From the IMG/VR virus record IMGVR_UViG_3300027674_000002: a DNA stretch of 45,465 nt; one strand, written 5' to 3'. Below are positions 6,827 to 14,319 of the stretch, in pieces. The notes below the pieces were generated by a model, which made no database searches, had not been told where the DNA came from, and saw nothing but the letters and a program-made list of their open reading frames with translations. Every line of letters begins with the position of its first letter. Position 1 is the stretch's first letter. The DNA comes from a virus. The position numbers and the translations under genes were made by a program.

Positions 6827-7026
6827 TGCCGCCACCGCTCAAAACCGTGTCCGTCGTCGCGCATGCTTTCGATTGTCTGCCCGGACACATCCAGATCAGC
6901 GGCCGCGGCGAAGGCAAGCAGCTGCGGAGCGCAATGTTCCGTGCCGTCTCCCAGGTCCTCCGCGATCCCCGGCTTCGCTGGAAACATGTGAACGACTTCA
7001 AGATGCAAATCGTCGTGATGCGGTGA
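6826..7026 (+). CDS. hypothetical protein (66 aa)
   Basis: ORF track. TGATG junction. Confidence 0.45.
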   Translation: MPPPLKTVSVVAHAFDCLPGHIQISGRGEGKQLRSAMFRAVSQVLRDPRLRWKHVNDFKMQIVVMR

Positions 7027-7046
7027 TCGTCTTCCTTAAGGTCGAG

Positions 7047-7181
7047 ATGGAGGCGCGGTGCACGGGATGCGGCGCGATCGGGCCCGTGGAGCTCTCGCGC
7101 CTGCTGTGCGCCTGGTGCTTCGCCCAATGGATCGAATACTGCAAGTGGCTCCGGAGAAGGCAATGCGTCCCCGCGATCTAG
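7047..7181 (+). CDS. possible small Cys-rich protein (44 aa)
   Basis: MEARCTGCGAIGPVELSRLLCAWCFAQWIEYCKWL... Internal ATG of track ORF 6819..7181. Overlaps the next gene by 19 nt. Confidence 0.3.
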   Translation: MEARCTGCGAIGPVELSRLLCAWCFAQWIEYCKWLRRRQCVPAI

Positions 7182-7702
7182 CTCCCATCGAAGTTCTCGC
7201 CGAGCGGAAACCCCACGGCACGCGCCTGCGCTATCTCGGCGGATGCAAATGCGTTCCCTGCCGCGCTGCCGCTTCGCGTTATGAAACCGGCCGCGCCAAA
7301 CTGCGCAAGATGGGATTGTGGAATGGAATCGTCGATGCGACGCGCGCGCGCCGCAGATTGTTTTGGTTATCGAGGCGCGGCATCGGCCGCTATTCCATAG
7401 CGCGAGCCACCGGGATCTCCGCGACGGTGATCTGCAAAATCCGGAGCGGCGAACGCCGTCAATGTCGAGCGATGACGGAGAAAGCGATTTTGGAGCTCGG
7501 CGGCAATTCACCGCCGCAAAGCATGCTCGTTCCCGCCGGCAGGACCTGGGCGCGGATCCGCTGGCTGCTCGCGCAGGGATTCACGAAGGGGGGAATCGCG
7601 CAGCGCCTGGGGTCGAGGACGCCGGCGTTGCAGCTCCGCAAGGACTTCGTGATTCTCCGGACCGCGAAAAAAGTCGAAGCGCTCTGGCGGTCATTCCAAT
7701 GA
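7163..7702 (+). CDS. phage DNA-binding protein with an HGT..Y..GC.C..C motif and HTH (179 aa)
   Basis: HGTRLRYLGGCKCVPCRAA, then IGRYSIARATGISATVICKIRSG. GGAGAAGG Shine-Dalgarno before ATG 7163. Confidence 0.65.
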   Translation: MRPRDLAPIEVLAERKPHGTRLRYLGGCKCVPCRAAASRYETGRAKLRKMGLWNGIVDATRARRRLFWLSRRGIGRYSIARATGISATVICKIRSGERRQCRAMTEKAILELGGNSPPQSMLVPAGRTWARIRWLLAQGFTKGGIAQRLGSRTPALQLRKDFVILRTAKKVEALWRSFQ

Positions 7703-7750
7703 TTTTCCACATTTCCTCCGCTCTTGTTGTTGTTGCTCTTAAGTTTTTCC

Positions 7751-7803
7751 GGAAAGAGAGGAGAGAAGAGGGGGGAATCTTAAGGGGGGAGAGGAGGGGA
7801 GAG
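7751..7803 (+). repeat. polypurine tract (27 + 22 nt, interrupted by TCTT), imperfect mirror repeat
   Basis: ggaaagagaggagagaagaggggggaa tctt aaggggggagaggaggggagag, read directly. Confidence 0.85.
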
Positions 7804-7860
7804 TCAAGTGGAATCGAGCAGCGGCCTGTGCATCCGTTCGGTTTTCGCGCGATTTCCCGC

Positions 7861-7901
7861 TCGCCCGGTGCTTTGCGGTGCGTCGCGGTGCAGCCGGGTG
7901 C
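7861..7901 (+). repeat. four direct repeats with exact 10-bp phasing (..SCGGTGC)
   Basis: GGTGC begins at 7867, 7877, 7887 and 7897. Confidence 0.7.
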
Positions 7902-7947
7902 GCTCGAAACAAAGAATCCACAGGCGGGCCTGTGAATCGCTTTGCAA

Positions 7948-7990
7948 AACCGCGCGAAGGCTCCCGGCAAGGGGCGCTTGGCGCGAATGG
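7948..7990 (+). repeat. structured hairpin repeat, copy E (the only plus-strand copy)
   Basis: AACCGCGCGAAGGCTCCCGGCAAGGGGCGCTTGGCGCGAATGG. Same architecture as the four minus-strand copies. Confidence 0.8.
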
Positions 7991-7996
7991 TGGGAA

Positions 7997-8263
7997 ATGA
8001 ACGGAAGCGGAGTCAGCAACAGAGAACGGATCAGCAGCGCGGTGCGCGGCGAACTAAAGCCCTGCGCGCGGTGCGGGAACCCGCGATGGTTCCATCTGCT
8101 ATCGCCATTCGCGCGGCGCGCGGAAGACTGGCGGGATGACGGCCACTCCTTCGATGCCGGCGGCCGCGCGCCGCGGGCGCAGCTGAAACTGGTTTTTATT
8201 CGGAAAGATGGAAGGGAGAAAGACAATGTCGATTCGAATCATGCGAAGGCCGCCCACCGATGA
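7997..8263 (+). CDS. hypothetical protein (88 aa)
   Basis: Internal ATG of track ORF 7808..8263. High GC3 in the first 60 codons. Sits 11 nt after hairpin copy E, as for copies A and C. Confidence 0.4.
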   Translation: MNGSGVSNRERISSAVRGELKPCARCGNPRWFHLLSPFARRAEDWRDDGHSFDAGGRAPRAQLKLVFIRKDGREKDNVDSNHAKAAHR

Positions 8264-8462
8264 TGAGCTGACAGCCTGGAGAGGATTGCATCAAGGCGGC
8301 CGCGGAGCGACGCGAACGCTTTTCGGGAAACACGCGCTGAAGCGCGTGCACGTGCACCTGGGGATAGAGGCGTTTCTCGCGAAGCTGCGCAGGGACAAGG
8401 AATGGGAGTCCGCCTGCGAGCTGGCGCGGGCGACGATCAAGAGGCTTCCGCCGGCGGCGTGA
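8226..8462 (+). CDS. hypothetical protein (78 aa)
   Basis: MSIRIMRRPPTDDELTAW... GGGAGAAAG Shine-Dalgarno. Overlaps the previous call by 38 nt in another frame. Confidence 0.45.
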   Translation: MSIRIMRRPPTDDELTAWRGLHQGGRGATRTLFGKHALKRVHVHLGIEAFLAKLRRDKEWESACELARATIKRLPPAA

Positions 8463-8688
8463 CGCGGGTCTTCTTTTCTCGCTCGCGCCTGTCGACTCCT
8501 TCCCTGATCCGCGCTAGCCGGCGCCTGGCATGATCCAATTCCTCCGACAGGCGCTTCAGGTATGTTTTCGGAACGATGTGCGCGGAGTGTTCGAGCGCTT
8601 CGATGTAGTGCGGCGTGCAGACGCGCAATCCGAGGAGCTCGTGCGGCGCCGCGGCTTCGCAGCCCGGAACGTAACAACTAATTTTCAC
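8437..8688 (-). CDS. hypothetical Cys/His-containing protein (83 aa), last gene of the long minus-strand operon
   Basis: ORF track. YVPGCEAAAPHELLGLRVCTPHY. Convergent with the plus-strand operon. Confidence 0.5.
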   Translation of the reverse strand: MKISCYVPGCEAAAPHELLGLRVCTPHYIEALEHSAHIVPKTYLKRLSEELDHARRRLARIREGVDRREREKKTRVTPPAEAS

Positions 8689-9391
8689 GTTCGGTCAGGG
8701 AGAGCCGGCGCTTCGCCGCTTCGAGCGCGTGGAAGCGCGGCGCGGGAAGTTTGTCGTACAACTTGCTGGCGCGCAGGACCATCAGCGCAAGAAAATCGCG
8801 GTCCTCGGGTTTCGATGGCAGATTATGCTCGAGGCGCACGACAATCTCCTCGAACCTGCCGAGGTCCAGACCGACGGCGCCGGCGAACGCGCGCACGCCC
8901 ATGTCCGTGTCCTCGTAAGCCGGGAAAGTGACCGGGCTGACGTCCATCAGGTCCACGTCGATGAGGTCGCGAATCGTTTCGCCGTCCTGCATGTGCCAGT
9001 TGTCGGTGACGGTGCGGAAGCGGAAGCTGCCCTGGCTGATGTCGCCGCGGTCGATGGAGGTCATCAGGTCGCGCGCCGCCTGGGTATCCGGCGCGTCGAT
9101 CTCCATGCGCAGGCCGGTGGAATCTTCCTTCAGACGGAGCGTGCCGGCTTTGTTGCGGCCGAGCACGATGTCGGGGTTGTGATTGAGGAGCGCGCGGACG
9201 TCCGCGCCCTCGGCGAGCGTGCGCTTGAACGCGCCCGGCATGATCTGCTCTCGCATGCCCCACATGCGCCGCGACAATTTGTTGAACTTCGCGGGGTAGC
9301 CCACGATCATCGTGGGTTTGCCGTCGCGCTTCTCCACGCGAAACTCCGCCGTGAAATCCTTCGCGTTCAAAAACCTCTGTTCGACTTCCAT
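8678..9391 (-). CDS. HK97-family prohead serine protease (237 aa)
   Basis: GYPAKFNKLS..EQIMPGAFKRTL..LLNHNPDIVLGR..LRLKEDSTGL..DTQAARDL..IDRGDISQGSFRF matches the S78/U35 pattern. AGGAG Shine-Dalgarno. Confidence 0.9.
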   Translation of the reverse strand: MEVEQRFLNAKDFTAEFRVEKRDGKPTMIVGYPAKFNKLSRRMWGMREQIMPGAFKRTLAEGADVRALLNHNPDIVLGRNKAGTLRLKEDSTGLRMEIDAPDTQAARDLMTSIDRGDISQGSFRFRTVTDNWHMQDGETIRDLIDVDLMDVSPVTFPAYEDTDMGVRAFAGAVGLDLGRFEEIVVRLEHNLPSKPEDRDFLALMVLRASKLYDKLPAPRFHALEAAKRRLSLTEREN

Positions 9392-9524
9392 GTCAGCTCC
9401 TGTCTGCTAGGTTTTGCTTTCAAAGTCGCCGTGATGTTCCAGTGGACGATGCAGAGCCGGAACAGCACGCCTTCGAATTCGATCTCCCGGTGCATCTTCC
9501 GGGGGCACAAATCGCAGCCGCGCT

Positions 9525-9956
9525 TTACTTCTCGGGCCACACGATTCCGGTGATCGCCAGGATCCGGTCCGCTTCGCCCGATGCCGGCGGCCCGCAGTTC
9601 AACATCTGTTCCTGCACGTTGAAGGGCTGAAAATCGCCATTCGCTGCTTTTTTTAGCATGGGCGTGACTTCGAGAAACGGAAGGCAATGGATCAGCTCGC
9701 CGGTGGTCAGGACGCGGGATCCGCTCTTCGATTGCACGCCGATCGCGACATGGATCGTCGGCAGGAAAATGGCGATGCGCTCTCCCGTAGGCAAGGTGAG
9801 CAGGTCCTGAAAGAGGAACTGCTGCGGCCGACCATTCGCGCCAAGCTGCCCTTGCCGGGACACGTTGGCGCGTTCATCCGGCGGCGCCGGAAGCGCGGCC
9901 AGCACCAAAGCTCCCAGGAACAGCATCGCGAATAAAATGCTCCAGCGCTTAAGCAT
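9525..9956 (-). CDS. predicted secreted protein (143 aa) with hairpin repeat copy B embedded in frame
   Basis: Signal-like MLKRWSILFAMLFLGALVLAALPAPP. Internal ATG of track ORF 9525..10250. Confidence 0.45.
   Translation of the reverse strand: MLKRWSILFAMLFLGALVLAALPAPPDERANVSRQGQLGANGRPQQFLFQDLLTLPTGERIAIFLPTIHVAIGVQSKSGSRVLTTGELIHCLPFLEVTPMLKKAANGDFQPFNVQEQMLNCGPPASGEADRILAITGIVWPEK
9833..9874 (-). repeat. structured hairpin repeat, copy B
   Basis: Sense strand AACGCGCCAACGTGTCCCGGCAAGGGCAGCTTGGCGCGAATG. Confidence 0.85.
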
Positions 9957-9969
9957 GGTCCACCGCTCC

Positions 9970-10011
9970 CATTCGCGCGAAGCTGCCCTTGCCGGGACAC
10001 GTTCGCGCGTT
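9970..10011 (-). repeat. structured hairpin repeat, copy A
   Basis: Sense strand AACGCGCGAACGTGTCCCGGCAAGGGCAGCTTCGCGCGAATG. Starts at the portal stop codon. Confidence 0.85.
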
Positions 10012-11950
10012 AAACATTGTCGACCGCGACAATTTGGCATTCGCAGCGCGCGCCTCTCGGGGGATGGTTGGCCGCCGCGGCGGGTTCGATGAACCGCGTG
10101 GCGATCGACATGCACTCGCTGCTGCAGCCGGTTTCGGGAACGATCCAGGCCAGCGTCTTCGCGCCGGCGGCTTTGTAGAGATGCAGCGCGAAAGCGTTCG
10201 AGGCGCGCATGGCTTCCTCGTGCGCGCGGTCGGTGACGCCGTTGGCCCACACGGCCATTTTGCCGATGTGGTTGACCAGCGCCTCTTTCACGTAGCGGTG
10301 CGCGAAATTGTCCGCGTAGCTCGCGATGAATTTGTCGCGGTCGGCGATCGCGGCGGTGCGGCCTTCCATGCGGAGGAGGGTCGAGACGGATTCCTCGATG
10401 CAGGTGAGCACCGGCAGGACGGCGTCGCGCACGTAGGCGTCGTGGTCGCGGAAGAAATTGTCGGCGTCGGCGCCCTCGCGCGCGAGCGCGGCAATCTCTT
10501 TCCTGGCCAAGCGTTCCCCGACGCTGCCCAGCAGTGGGATGAAGGCGCGGGTAACCTGCCGGCGGCGCTCGGCGAGCTCCTGGGCATGCCTCTTTTTGGC
10601 CTTGGGGTCTCCCGTGGCGGGCGGAGGATTCTTTGGCGTCCCAGATGGCGAAGGACTCCCATCCGGGCCCATATTGGCCGCCGGCGCGGGCGCCGGGGGG
10701 TTTATGGCCCTGTCGATGGGTTGCTGGGTGACTGGGATGAAATAGACCTTGCCCTGGCCGTCCGGCAGGGGGTTCTGGTTGCGCCGCTTGCGGATCTCGT
10801 CGGTGTTCGTCCAGCCGTCCATCCAGGCGATATTCTCGGCTTCGTTCTGGCTCTTCAGGTCGCCCAGTTTTTGGGCCGTGAAATCGTGCTCGGCGAAATA
10901 AGTTTTCTGATCTTCCGGGTTCAGCAGTTTGCGATGGACTTCCGCCTCGATGCCGTCGCCCCAGGGCTCCACGGCGTCGCGGACGAATTCGATCGATTGG
11001 TGCTCGATGTTGGAGAATGTCCCGTGCGTGAGCTCCGCCAGCTTGTGCAGCGGGACGTTGAACATCCGCGCGATCTCGGATAGCTGGAAGACGCGCGTCA
11101 GCAGGTATTGCGCATCCTCGTTCGACATCCCGATCTTTTCGATCTTCATGCCCTCTTCGAGCACGGCGACGCGGTGCGCCTGGTCGCCTCCGCGGTGCGA
11201 CTCTTCCCAGGATTCCTTGAGGCGCTTCGCCGATTCGGCTTTCATTTTGGCGGGATGGGTGAGCACGATCCCGGGCGTCGCATCGTTGCCGAAGAAGCGC
11301 GCGCCGTAATCCGTCGCCGCCATCGAAAGCCCCATGCTCTCGCGGTGCAGCGCGACGGGAGAAAGTCCGCGCAGCCCATCGTAGCTATAGCCCATCACAT
11401 GCAGGACCTCGTAGGGCTGCAGGATGACTTCAGGGCCGGCGCTCGAGCGCGCCACGTAAATCAGTTTCCCGGTTCCTTTTCCATCCGGGCCGATCATGCG
11501 GCGGGGAAAGGTGCGGTCCGGGCGGAGCGGCCAGAGCGCCACGACCTGGCCGCCATTGTCGCGCTCGATCTCCGCGTATCCGTTGCCCCACAGCAGCAAA
11601 TGCCCCATGAAGGTTTCCCAAAAAGTTTTCTTGGTCATCTCCGGGTTCGGCGGCCAGCGCAGCAGCGGATAGAGCGGATGGTCGGTCGCTTCGCGGGTTT
11701 CGCCGTTCGTCTGCGTTTGAAACAGACGAAATGGCGAGGTGGAGATCGCGCGGGAGATCAGATTGACGGCGGCCCACACGGCGGAGAGCTGCATCGCCGT
11801 GCGCTCCGTCATGGTCTGGCCGGAAGCGGTCGGATGCCCGCCGGCATATTCCACCAGCCAGCGATCGGGCTCGGAGAGATTCGAGCGCAGCTCGAGGCGG
11901 AACGGGTTCAGCTCCGCGCGAAGTCCGAATCTTCCGGCCGTCAGAATCAT
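10010..11950 (-). CDS. HK97-family portal protein with a MuF/SPP1 gp7-like C-terminal extension (646 aa)
   Basis: The N-terminal ~410 aa are portal-like (MQLSAVWAAVNLISRAIST.., GYSYDGLRGLSPV). The C-terminal ~230 aa end in ETGCSSECMS...NHPPRGARCECQIV, resembling the MuF C..C...PP.H..CRC signature. Confidence 0.88.
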   Translation of the reverse strand: MILTAGRFGLRAELNPFRLELRSNLSEPDRWLVEYAGGHPTASGQTMTERTAMQLSAVWAAVNLISRAISTSPFRLFQTQTNGETREATDHPLYPLLRWPPNPEMTKKTFWETFMGHLLLWGNGYAEIERDNGGQVVALWPLRPDRTFPRRMIGPDGKGTGKLIYVARSSAGPEVILQPYEVLHVMGYSYDGLRGLSPVALHRESMGLSMAATDYGARFFGNDATPGIVLTHPAKMKAESAKRLKESWEESHRGGDQAHRVAVLEEGMKIEKIGMSNEDAQYLLTRVFQLSEIARMFNVPLHKLAELTHGTFSNIEHQSIEFVRDAVEPWGDGIEAEVHRKLLNPEDQKTYFAEHDFTAQKLGDLKSQNEAENIAWMDGWTNTDEIRKRRNQNPLPDGQGKVYFIPVTQQPIDRAINPPAPAPAANMGPDGSPSPSGTPKNPPPATGDPKAKKRHAQELAERRRQVTRAFIPLLGSVGERLARKEIAALAREGADADNFFRDHDAYVRDAVLPVLTCIEESVSTLLRMEGRTAAIADRDKFIASYADNFAHRYVKEALVNHIGKMAVWANGVTDRAHEEAMRASNAFALHLYKAAGAKTLAWIVPETGCSSECMSIATRFIEPAAAANHPPRGARCECQIVAVDNV

Positions 11951-12237
11951 AGAAGTCCTTTGGGCACCGCCGCGAAGAACATCCTGATCAGCACCGCCGC
12001 GGTGGCGATGCCCGCGCCGAGCATGTAGAAGCCAAAGTCGCGCAGGTTTTCCATGAACGTCTGGCCCTCGACGACCGAATCAAAAATAAATTCCTTCAGC
12101 GATGCGAAAACGAAAATCGCCGTCAGCCCGATCCATCCGTGGCCGGGCCACAACGCTTCCATGCCGAAGACGGACGTCGCACCGGCCAGCGCGTGCGCGA
12201 ATTGCGCGATCAGGTCCGGACTCGGCAGCCACTTCAT
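11947..12237 (-). CDS. membrane protein (96 aa) between TerL and portal
   Basis: ORF track. Hydrophobic segments GWIGLTAIFVFASL and FGFYMLGAGIATAAVLIRMFF. ATGA overlaps at both ends. Confidence 0.55.
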   Translation of the reverse strand: MKWLPSPDLIAQFAHALAGATSVFGMEALWPGHGWIGLTAIFVFASLKEFIFDSVVEGQTFMENLRDFGFYMLGAGIATAAVLIRMFFAAVPKGLL

Positions 12238-13883
12238 ATCGTGATCACTCCGCGCGAATCGTAAACCGAAGCGCCGCTATCAAGCTGCACGCTGGCGCGG
12301 CCGAGCGCCATGATCAGCGCCACGATGCCGTCGATGCGCTTGCGGCTGGCGGCCTTGTCGGGCTTCCAGTTTCCCGCTGGGTCTGTTTTCACCGTCACGT
12401 TCGAAGCCATCCAATCGAGCACCGGGTTAGCGCCGTGGTGCAGCGTGCCCTTCAGCGCCGTGTCCATCAGCTGCTTGGTGGGGCCCATCATCGAAGCGAA
12501 CCCCTGGCCGAAAGGCACCATCGTGAAACCTTCGCCGGTCAGCTGCGTGATGATCTGCGCCGCGTTCCAGCGGTCCACGGCAATCTCTTTGATCTCGTAC
12601 CGCTCGCCGTCTCGCGCGATCGTCCGGCGGATGACGTCGTAGTCGATGTAGTCGCCTTCGGTGAGAGTGATGAATCCCTGCTCGGCCCAGAGCTCGTAAG
12701 GGACGCCATCTAGCTCCTGCTTCTTCCTCAGGTTCTCGCGCGGCAGCCAGAGCCGCAGGTGCGCGAAAAAATGAAACTCGCCCGTCGCTTCATCCAGCAC
12801 CGGCCAAACCTTCGCGAACGCCGCGAGGTCCTGCACCGTCGCGAGATCGAGGCCTCCGAAACAAATCTGGCCGTCGAGCGGCTTGAGCGGGAAGGGCGCG
12901 CGGCACGCGTCCCAGACTTCCTTCGGCATCCACAATTCCATCTGACGCGTCCAGATGTTCAGGTGCAGCCGCTTAAAAGTGTTCTGGTACGCCGGCGTCT
13001 TCTTCGCGATCTCGCATTCGGCGCGGAGATATTCAACCTTCACGCTGATGCCGAAATTCGGATTGGCCTTCCGCATCGTCTCTTCGGAAGTCCAATCGTC
13101 TTTCTTCTCGTCGGCCTCGAAAATCACCGCGAGCAGCGTCGGCACGTCGATGGTTCCGTCGCGCACTCTCCTGGCCAGCTCGTGCAGCTCGAAGCAGATG
13201 GTCAACTCGTCGTAGCCGGCCGTCGTGGACGCCCAGGTCATCGGCTGGCGCCGCGCGACCGTGGAAGTTTTCGTGATGTCCCATAATTTGCGATCGGCCT
13301 GTTCGTGGACCTCGTCCCAGATCAGGCCGCTGGCGTTCAGCCCCGATTTTTTCGGATGTCCGGATAGCACGCGCCAAATCGCCCCGGCTTTCTCGACGTA
13401 GATCGAATTCTTGAAGACTTCGCAGCGGCTCGAGAGGTCCAGCGAGGCCTTCACCATCGCAGCGGCGATGTTGAAAATGATTCCCGCCTGCTCTTTCTCC
13501 GTCGCCGCGGAGAAGACTTTCGCGCCGGGCTCCTGGTCCGCGAAGGTCAGATAGAGGCCGACGCCGGCGCCGAGCGTCGATTTGCCGTTCTTGCGCGGCA
13601 CGGCCACCCACACCAGGCGGTATTTGCGCGAACCGTCCGAGATGTTTTTCCAGCCGAAGGCGTCGCGCAGCGTCTGATATTGCCACTGCTCCGGGATCAG
13701 CGGCTTCCCGGCCCATTCGCCCTCGACATGCGTGCAATAGAGCTTGAAAAAATCGAGCACGCGCGTCGCCGCGTCCGGATCGAACCAATAAAGCTTCGCG
13801 TCGTAGCGGGAGAGGTCCTCTTCGGGAAGAAACCACGCGTCGATGAGCGCGTGCGGGTGACCGCGATAGTCTCGCCGCTTCAT
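12234..13883 (-). CDS. terL: terminase large subunit (549 aa)
   Basis: Terminase_1-type N-terminus (..YCTHVEGEWAGKPL..WQ...), Walker A-like VAVPRKNGKST, nuclease half with IAVDRWNA. Confidence 0.95.
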   Translation of the reverse strand: MKRRDYRGHPHALIDAWFLPEEDLSRYDAKLYWFDPDAATRVLDFFKLYCTHVEGEWAGKPLIPEQWQYQTLRDAFGWKNISDGSRKYRLVWVAVPRKNGKSTLGAGVGLYLTFADQEPGAKVFSAATEKEQAGIIFNIAAAMVKASLDLSSRCEVFKNSIYVEKAGAIWRVLSGHPKKSGLNASGLIWDEVHEQADRKLWDITKTSTVARRQPMTWASTTAGYDELTICFELHELARRVRDGTIDVPTLLAVIFEADEKKDDWTSEETMRKANPNFGISVKVEYLRAECEIAKKTPAYQNTFKRLHLNIWTRQMELWMPKEVWDACRAPFPLKPLDGQICFGGLDLATVQDLAAFAKVWPVLDEATGEFHFFAHLRLWLPRENLRKKQELDGVPYELWAEQGFITLTEGDYIDYDVIRRTIARDGERYEIKEIAVDRWNAAQIITQLTGEGFTMVPFGQGFASMMGPTKQLMDTALKGTLHHGANPVLDWMASNVTVKTDPAGNWKPDKAASRKRIDGIVALIMALGRASVQLDSGASVYDSRGVITI

Positions 13884-14077
13884 GCAGCACGGGTGAGTCT
13901 CCGCAGCCGCGCTTTCCGCGCGCGCTTGCGCTCGGCCGCGCGGACCACCTTCATCTGGATGTGCAGCGCGAAAGCCTCATCGAATCGATTGGGATCGCCG
14001 ATGCACCCGCCGGTGCGCTTCTTCTGCATGCGCGCGAGCTGCTTCGTGATCCATTTGAGAATTTCGGGCGTCATCAT
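13880..14077 (-). CDS. small basic protein (65 aa)
   Basis: MMTPEILKWITKQLARMQKK... ATGA overlaps on both sides. Confidence 0.45.
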   Translation of the reverse strand: MMTPEILKWITKQLARMQKKRTGGCIGDPNRFDEAFALHIQMKVVRAAERKRARKARLRRLTRAA

Positions 14078-14319
14078 TCGACCCGCCCGCACCACTGGCA
14101 GCCGTAATATGCGCAATGGTCATCTGGCAGCCCCGACGTTCGGTAGTAACCGGTGAACCTCGTCATAGCCGCGCCACAGCAGAAGATGTTCTCCGGCCAT
14201 CGGATCAGTCTTAAAAACCAATTCGTGATGTCAGCGGTGCCCTCGCGGAAAGAATGTCTGGCGTAGCGCTGGCTCAGCAGACAGATCAGGTTTTGAACTG
14301 AATGCTTGGGCGCGTTCAT
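14074..14319 (-). CDS. hypothetical Cys-containing protein (81 aa)
   Basis: ORF track. ATGA overlaps. Confidence 0.45.
   Translation of the reverse strand: MNAPKHSVQNLICLLSQRYARHSFREGTADITNWFLRLIRWPENIFCCGAAMTRFTGYYRTSGLPDDHCAYYGCQWCGRVE

Noticed and set aside
7808-7996. 5' part of track ORF 7808..8263 as coding sequence
   Set aside because: This part covers the phased repeats, the palindrome and hairpin copy E, and translates to Arg/Cys/Ser-rich sequence. The internal ATG at 7997, with the same hairpin-to-ATG spacing seen at other copies, is preferred.
8104-8114. CCATTCGCGCG, matching the first 11 nt of the plus-strand form of the hairpin repeat
   Set aside because: The match does not continue: there is no CCCGG(C/T)AAGGG core and no second arm. 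It lies inside a probable CDS in the antisense orientation and is most likely chance in GC-rich sequence.
9367-9495. Possible 42-aa ORF (MHREIEFEGVLFRLCIVHWNITA...) in the gap before the protease gene
   Set aside because: It has no convincing Shine-Dalgarno spacing, overlaps the protease start by 25 nt and is very short. There is no supporting motif.
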